Below the pieces are notes generated by a model. That model did not search any database and was not told where the DNA came from. It saw nothing but the letters and a program-made list of their open reading frames with translations. Shown here in pieces: positions 59,553 through 64,000 of a stretch of 64,000 bases of DNA. The stretch comes from an uncultured virus (IMG/VR IMGVR_UViG_3300030110_002660) (taxonomy: Duplodnaviria > Heunggongvirae > Uroviricota > Caudoviricetes), in IMG/VR virus record IMGVR_UViG_3300030110_002660, one strand, 5' to 3'. Each line of letters starts with the position of its first letter. The stretch's first letter is position 1. The position numbers and the translations under genes were made by a program.

Positions 59553-60140
59553 ATGATACAAAATATTGAATATGGTAGTCGAGTTAATTGTGTTGGAATT
59601 GATTACTCCATGAGCAGTCCTGCTATATGTTTATCGTATGGTGAAGAAGTATCTTGGCAAACTTGTAAGATTTTTTATCTAACCGACAAGAAAAAATACT
59701 TAGGGCATTTTGCTGAAGATAAAATTATGGGACAATCTCTCTATAAAGATTGGACATCTCAACAACAAAGATTTCACGCACTTTCGAATTGGATAATGGT
59801 GCATCTGAATTTGGATAGTTCTATAAAGGTCTACTTAGAAAATTATTCTATGGGAAGCACAGGCAGAGTTTTTTCTATAGCAGAAAATACTGGCATCTTA
59901 AAATATAATCTTTATCTACAAGGCAATCCTATTATCTTATTACCACCGAGCATTATAAAAAAATATGCTACTGGAAAAGGAAATGCTGATAAAGAATTAA
60001 TGTATGAAGCATTCTATAATGAAACCAAAATTGATTTACAAAATATTTTAAATTCTTCTATATCAAACCCTTTGACTGATATAGTTGATGCTTATTTTAT
60101 TTGTAAATATGGGAAACAATATGAGCAAGAACAAAATTAA
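59553..60140 (+). CDS. RuvC-like Holliday junction resolvase
   Basis: GIDYS, LENYS, IKKYATGKGNADKELM, DIVDAY. Confidence 0.8.
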   Translation: MIQNIEYGSRVNCVGIDYSMSSPAICLSYGEEVSWQTCKIFYLTDKKKYLGHFAEDKIMGQSLYKDWTSQQQRFHALSNWIMVHLNLDSSIKVYLENYSMGSTGRVFSIAENTGILKYNLYLQGNPIILLPPSIIKKYATGKGNADKELMYEAFYNETKIDLQNILNSSISNPLTDIVDAYFICKYGKQYEQEQN

Positions 60141-60360
60141 TAATAATGATTTTATTACTACAAAAATAAATAAACTTTTATCACAATTAGAAACTCAAGT
60201 GGAACAAGTTTTTGGAGAATTCTCTGAGGAAGAACTTAAAGAATTACTTGATAATGATTTAGGTGAAATTATTTTTAATTGGAAAGGACAAGCACAAGAA
60301 GAACGAGGACGAAGAAATCAACAAAAATTAATTGATTTTACTTTAGGCAAACAACAATAA
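60121..60360 (+). CDS. Hypothetical protein
   Basis: Start re-called at MSKNK (GGGA RBS), overlapping the resolvase end. Confidence 0.5.
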   Translation: MSKNKINNNDFITTKINKLLSQLETQVEQVFGEFSEEELKELLDNDLGEIIFNWKGQAQEERGRRNQQKLIDFTLGKQQ

Positions 60361-60405
60361 TACCCAATTATTTTAACAATTTTGTTAGATAAAATTCTAT
60401 AAATT

Positions 60406-60413
60406 TATAAATA
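60406..60413 (+). promoter_or_regulatory. Late promoter
   Basis: TATAAATA upstream of a GAGG RBS. Confidence 0.75.
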
Positions 60414-60450
60414 TATGTGACTACAAAACAGAGTATTTTAGAGGTTTCAT

Positions 60451-61305
60451 ATGCATAAATTTTTATTTTTCTTCCTGATATTGACAATTACATTTACGCC
60501 ATTAAGTTTTGTTTTTGCAAACGACCAATCCACATCTAATCAAACTAATGCAAGTGGCAGTAACACTTCTATAAGTGGTGGGTATACTAGTACAACTACA
60601 AACAATAATGATGGACAAGTTAATAATACAACTAACACCACAAGCAATTCATCAACAACAAATCAAAAATCCATACCTGTTGGAAATGCAAGTGCGCCCT
60701 CTATGTCAAGTTACTCACAAGACCTTTGTACAGTTGGTGTAGGTTTTGGTATGCAAACACTTGGTCTTGGTGTATCAGGTGGAACATATTTTACCGACCA
60801 GAATTGTGAACGAATGAAATTATCAAAACTTCTTTATGATTATCAAATGAGAGTTGCATCAATAGCAATTCTTTGTCAAGATGATAGAGTATTTTCTGCT
60901 ATGGAACATGCAGGTACACCATGTCCATTCGAAGGAAATATTGGTAGTGCAGCTAACGCACAATGGAAAAAATATGATATAGAAAGACCAGATTATGATA
61001 GATACACAGACAAACTTAAAAAGAGAGAATATATCAACGAAAAATTAAGTAAAGAAGCACAAAAGAAAATTGATGCGATTAAAAAAGCAGAACAAAAGAA
61101 AGCAGAAATTGAAACTAAAAGAAAAATGAAAGAACTAGAAAAATTACAAGAGGAACTTAAAAAAGAAGAAAAAGCTAATATTCCAAAGAAAGAAAAGAGT
61201 TCTTGGTTTAACTTTGATTTTAAAATTGAACATTTAGAGACTAAACCTGTTGACTTTTCTGGACACCAAAGTGTTGGTGGAGTTAAACTTCCACATACGA
61301 ACTAA
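60451..61305 (+). CDS. Exported protein with Ser/Thr/Asn-rich tract, 4-Cys domain and coiled coil
   Basis: Signal peptide (VFA|N); QDLCTVGVGFG...DQNCERMKLS...LCQD...TPCP. Confidence 0.75.
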   Translation: MHKFLFFFLILTITFTPLSFVFANDQSTSNQTNASGSNTSISGGYTSTTTNNNDGQVNNTTNTTSNSSTTNQKSIPVGNASAPSMSSYSQDLCTVGVGFGMQTLGLGVSGGTYFTDQNCERMKLSKLLYDYQMRVASIAILCQDDRVFSAMEHAGTPCPFEGNIGSAANAQWKKYDIERPDYDRYTDKLKKREYINEKLSKEAQKKIDAIKKAEQKKAEIETKRKMKELEKLQEELKKEEKANIPKKEKSSWFNFDFKIEHLETKPVDFSGHQSVGGVKLPHTN

Positions 61306-61308
61306 TTA

Positions 61309-63786
61309 TTGGAGAATATTTTGTTCAAATACGTTAAAACTATATTAAAGTATCTTTTCATAGTTTTTATAGCATCGTGTTCTTGGACTGGAATGACTCG
61401 AGCAAATGTTACAGTTACTTCAACATCAGTAGATGTCATTCAACAAAATACACCACAACAAGGTGATACCTCAACTGTCACAACTACTACCACAAACACC
61501 ACAACCACAACAACTGTACCGGGTTATAATCAAAATGTTGTTTCAGAACAAACAACAAAAACAGGAGATGTTTTAACGAACTCTACTTTTGGTACAGGGG
61601 GAACATATTCAGATGATGGTTGGACGATGACTGGTTATGATTCCCATCATGGTGGAGAAGCAGCAAATTATGGTGGTGGTAATGCACCAGGCGGCTCTTG
61701 GGCTACTGGACTTGATTCTAAAGCAGAACAAAGTATATCTGTTAAAGATGATGGTGGATTAACTCAAGCAGAAATTAATAATGGATTTAAATCTGAATTA
61801 TCAGCAGACATATGGTATTGGCATAATTATGGAAGTAATACTACTACAATGACACAAACTATAACAGGTGCTAGTGGAAATGTAACGACACAAGAAAGAA
61901 TAATATCTGGGAAAAATGCTAGTAATACTAATAATATTTTTGTTAATTATAGCGATACTTATATTAATACTGGAAATACAGAAACAGATTATACTATTAA
62001 AGTAACTATTTTTAATGCTGGTACAGGTTATCATGGTGGGCATTGGGGGCCAGATATTGATGATGTAGAATTGGATATAGAATACAATGAGATTACTACT
62101 CAATGGGTTGCCCCTGTTACAACATCAAATACAGTTATAACAGAATCAGTTAGCACAGCAGTTGTATTTTGCTGGGAAAAAACACCATCAACTTGTCCCG
62201 ATGAAGGCATAACTGATATTACTGATGATATATTTGACGACCTTGAAACAGTTGAAGATACAATTGAGGAAAGATTTGAAGAAGAAGATGCATACTTTGA
62301 TACAGAAATAGAATTTTTTGAAGAAGAAGTTTATGTAATTGAAGATGAAGCTTTTGAAGAAACATTTGAAACAAGTATAGTAGAAGAAGATATTGAAGAT
62401 ATGTTTGCTGGTGTTTTTGATGGAATGGAAATGGGTGATATCTTTGATTTTTTTGAAACAGATAATGATATGGGAAGTGTAGATGATTTGAATATAGAAG
62501 AAGAAACATTTACTGAGATGGGATTTGAAGAACCACCAATGATGGAAGAATTTGAAGAAATGTCAACTGAACTATATGAAGAATTAGATATGCCAATGGA
62601 CATGTTTGAAGCGTTACCACCACCACCAATGATGGAAACAGAAATGGATATGGAAATGGACATGTATGAAGAACTACCACCACCACCAACAATGATAGAA
62701 ACAGAAGTGGATATGGATATTGATGAAACACAAACGACAACATTTCAAGTTATCGGTGAGAAACCAGATATGGAAACAGGAATGGATATCGAAACAGAAA
62801 TGGATATGGAGATGGATGAACAACCATCTACTATGACATTTGAAAGTAGTGTTGGTGATGATGAAATGGATATGGACATGGACGAACAACCATCTACGAT
62901 GACATTTGAAAGCAATGTTGCTTCTAATGAATCAGAAGAATTTGATAGCAATGAATCAGTTGAAACAGAAGATTTAGTTTCAGATGCATCAGAAGAAATG
63001 GGTGAAGAACCTATGGTAGAAGAAAAACCTACTACACAAACATTTACAAGTATGACAAATGAAGAAGAAGTAGTTGAAGAAAAACCTACAACAACAGAAG
63101 ATAATTTAATTGCAGAAGCAGATGAAGTAACTGAAGAAATGCCTACTGAAACTACAGAAGAATCAATTGAATCAGAACCAATTGCAAAATCAGATAGTGT
63201 TGAAGAAGAAGTAGATTCTCCAACTGAGGAAAAAGAAGAAAAGTCAACTCTTATATCTAAAAAAGAATCTAATGAAGAAGAAGATAAACCAAAAGATAAA
63301 AAATCTGATACTACAACAAGTAAAGTAAAAGTAATAGATAAAACAAAAACAAAAACAACAATTTCAAATGCAGAAGAACAAAAACAACAAAAAGTTGAAC
63401 TGAAATTAGATATTGATAAACTTACTGAAAAGATTGAGGAAAAGGTTGCAGATGTAAATAAACAATTAGTCGCTGTAAGTTATATTGTATCAGAAGTGAT
63501 GGTAAAGAATCAACCAAACATAACTGAAGCGTATAAGAATAGGAATTCTCGTTTTTTTGATAATCGGCAATTATATAAAAATCAATCAAAAATATATGAG
63601 GATAATAATGTTATGTTAGGTGAATATAATTATAGCATTTATGAAAAAGAAAATACTGTACTTGTAGCAATGAGTGGCGAAGATGGTATGTTGAAATATC
63701 AAACTAACCTAAATAATGCTGTAAACAAAAGACAACAATTAGAACGAGAATTATATATTCTCAAAACAAAAAGTTTAAAGAGGTAA
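61309..63786 (+). CDS. Large exported protein: beta-sandwich-like domain, Glu/Asp/Met-rich repeats, C-terminal coiled coil (start may be TTG 61321)
   Basis: Hydrophobic N-terminus (IASC or TRA cleavage); GGHWGPDIDDV; CWEKTPSTC; long acidic low-complexity region. GGAG at 61311 favours a start at 61321. Confidence 0.75.
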   Translation: MENILFKYVKTILKYLFIVFIASCSWTGMTRANVTVTSTSVDVIQQNTPQQGDTSTVTTTTTNTTTTTTVPGYNQNVVSEQTTKTGDVLTNSTFGTGGTYSDDGWTMTGYDSHHGGEAANYGGGNAPGGSWATGLDSKAEQSISVKDDGGLTQAEINNGFKSELSADIWYWHNYGSNTTTMTQTITGASGNVTTQERIISGKNASNTNNIFVNYSDTYINTGNTETDYTIKVTIFNAGTGYHGGHWGPDIDDVELDIEYNEITTQWVAPVTTSNTVITESVSTAVVFCWEKTPSTCPDEGITDITDDIFDDLETVEDTIEERFEEEDAYFDTEIEFFEEEVYVIEDEAFEETFETSIVEEDIEDMFAGVFDGMEMGDIFDFFETDNDMGSVDDLNIEEETFTEMGFEEPPMMEEFEEMSTELYEELDMPMDMFEALPPPPMMETEMDMEMDMYEELPPPPTMIETEVDMDIDETQTTTFQVIGEKPDMETGMDIETEMDMEMDEQPSTMTFESSVGDDEMDMDMDEQPSTMTFESNVASNESEEFDSNESVETEDLVSDASEEMGEEPMVEEKPTTQTFTSMTNEEEVVEEKPTTTEDNLIAEADEVTEEMPTETTEESIESEPIAKSDSVEEEVDSPTEEKEEKSTLISKKESNEEEDKPKDKKSDTTTSKVKVIDKTKTKTTISNAEEQKQQKVELKLDIDKLTEKIEEKVADVNKQLVAVSYIVSEVMVKNQPNITEAYKNRNSRFFDNRQLYKNQSKIYEDNNVMLGEYNYSIYEKENTVLVAMSGEDGMLKYQTNLNNAVNKRQQLERELYILKTKSLKR
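62610..63095 (+). repeat. Intragenic imperfect tandem duplications
   Basis: LPPPP(M/T)M.ETE.DM twice, EMDM(E/D)MDEQPSTMTFES twice, VEEKPTT twice. Confidence 0.85.
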
Positions 63787-63797
63787 GGTAATTAAAA

Positions 63798-64000
63798 ATG
63801 GATATATCAAAAATATCAGACAACTTTTCAAAGTATGCCGTAATACTTGGTGTAGTCATCACGCTCGGCGGTGGGTTTGTCGCCTGGGGCCAATTCAACG
63901 CAAGATTGGATGGCATAGAAAAAAGTCAAGGTAGCGATGCTGTAGAAAAACTTGAAGCAAGAGTTGCTGACTTAGAAACTAGCAATGAAGTTCTTCGAAA
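63798..64000 (+). CDS. Membrane-anchored coiled-coil protein, 3'-truncated
   Basis: MDISKISDNFSKYAVILGVVITLGGGFVAWGQFNARLDGIE...; AAGG RBS; open to the window end. Confidence 0.65.
   Translation, partial: MDISKISDNFSKYAVILGVVITLGGGFVAWGQFNARLDGIEKSQGSDAVEKLEARVADLETSNEVLR

Overview
This window is part of an AT-rich T4-like myovirus genome. Gene content and order resemble marine T4-like phages of heterotrophic bacteria and cyanophages; no photosynthesis genes are seen and the host cannot be named from this window. Almost everything is on the + strand. In order: a 5'-truncated VrlC-like structural gene; the head/neck/tail module (gp13-gp23, gp3); an accessory insert after gp23 (frameshifted NUMOD3-type gene, PagP-like and porin-like beta-barrel genes, a structured ~120-nt non-coding element); uvsY/uvsW with two 2OG-Fe(II) oxygenases; gp55, gp47, gp46; an atypical tRNA-Gly; hsp20 with a ROSE-like leader; the replisome (gp45, 44, 62, regA, 43, uvsX, 41); a ~14-kb late-promoter block of probable capsid-internal proteins; spanin-like lysis genes; primase; a class II ribonucleotide reductase; a RuvC-like resolvase; and a late operon of exported proteins running off the end. 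Late promoters (TATAAATA) and sigma70-type promoters split the genes cleanly. Two 10-N gaps lie at 26111 and 35143. The most striking observations are (1) modular ORFs built from short domains joined by a recurring EEVELDE linker that matches the prohead-protease site, suggesting virion-packaged, protease-released payloads; (2) the promoter-flanked structured RNA at 21620-21744 with an anti-Shine-Dalgarno tail and an antisense micro-ORF; and (3) several predicted host-envelope remodelling genes. All family calls come from motif recognition by eye, not database searches.
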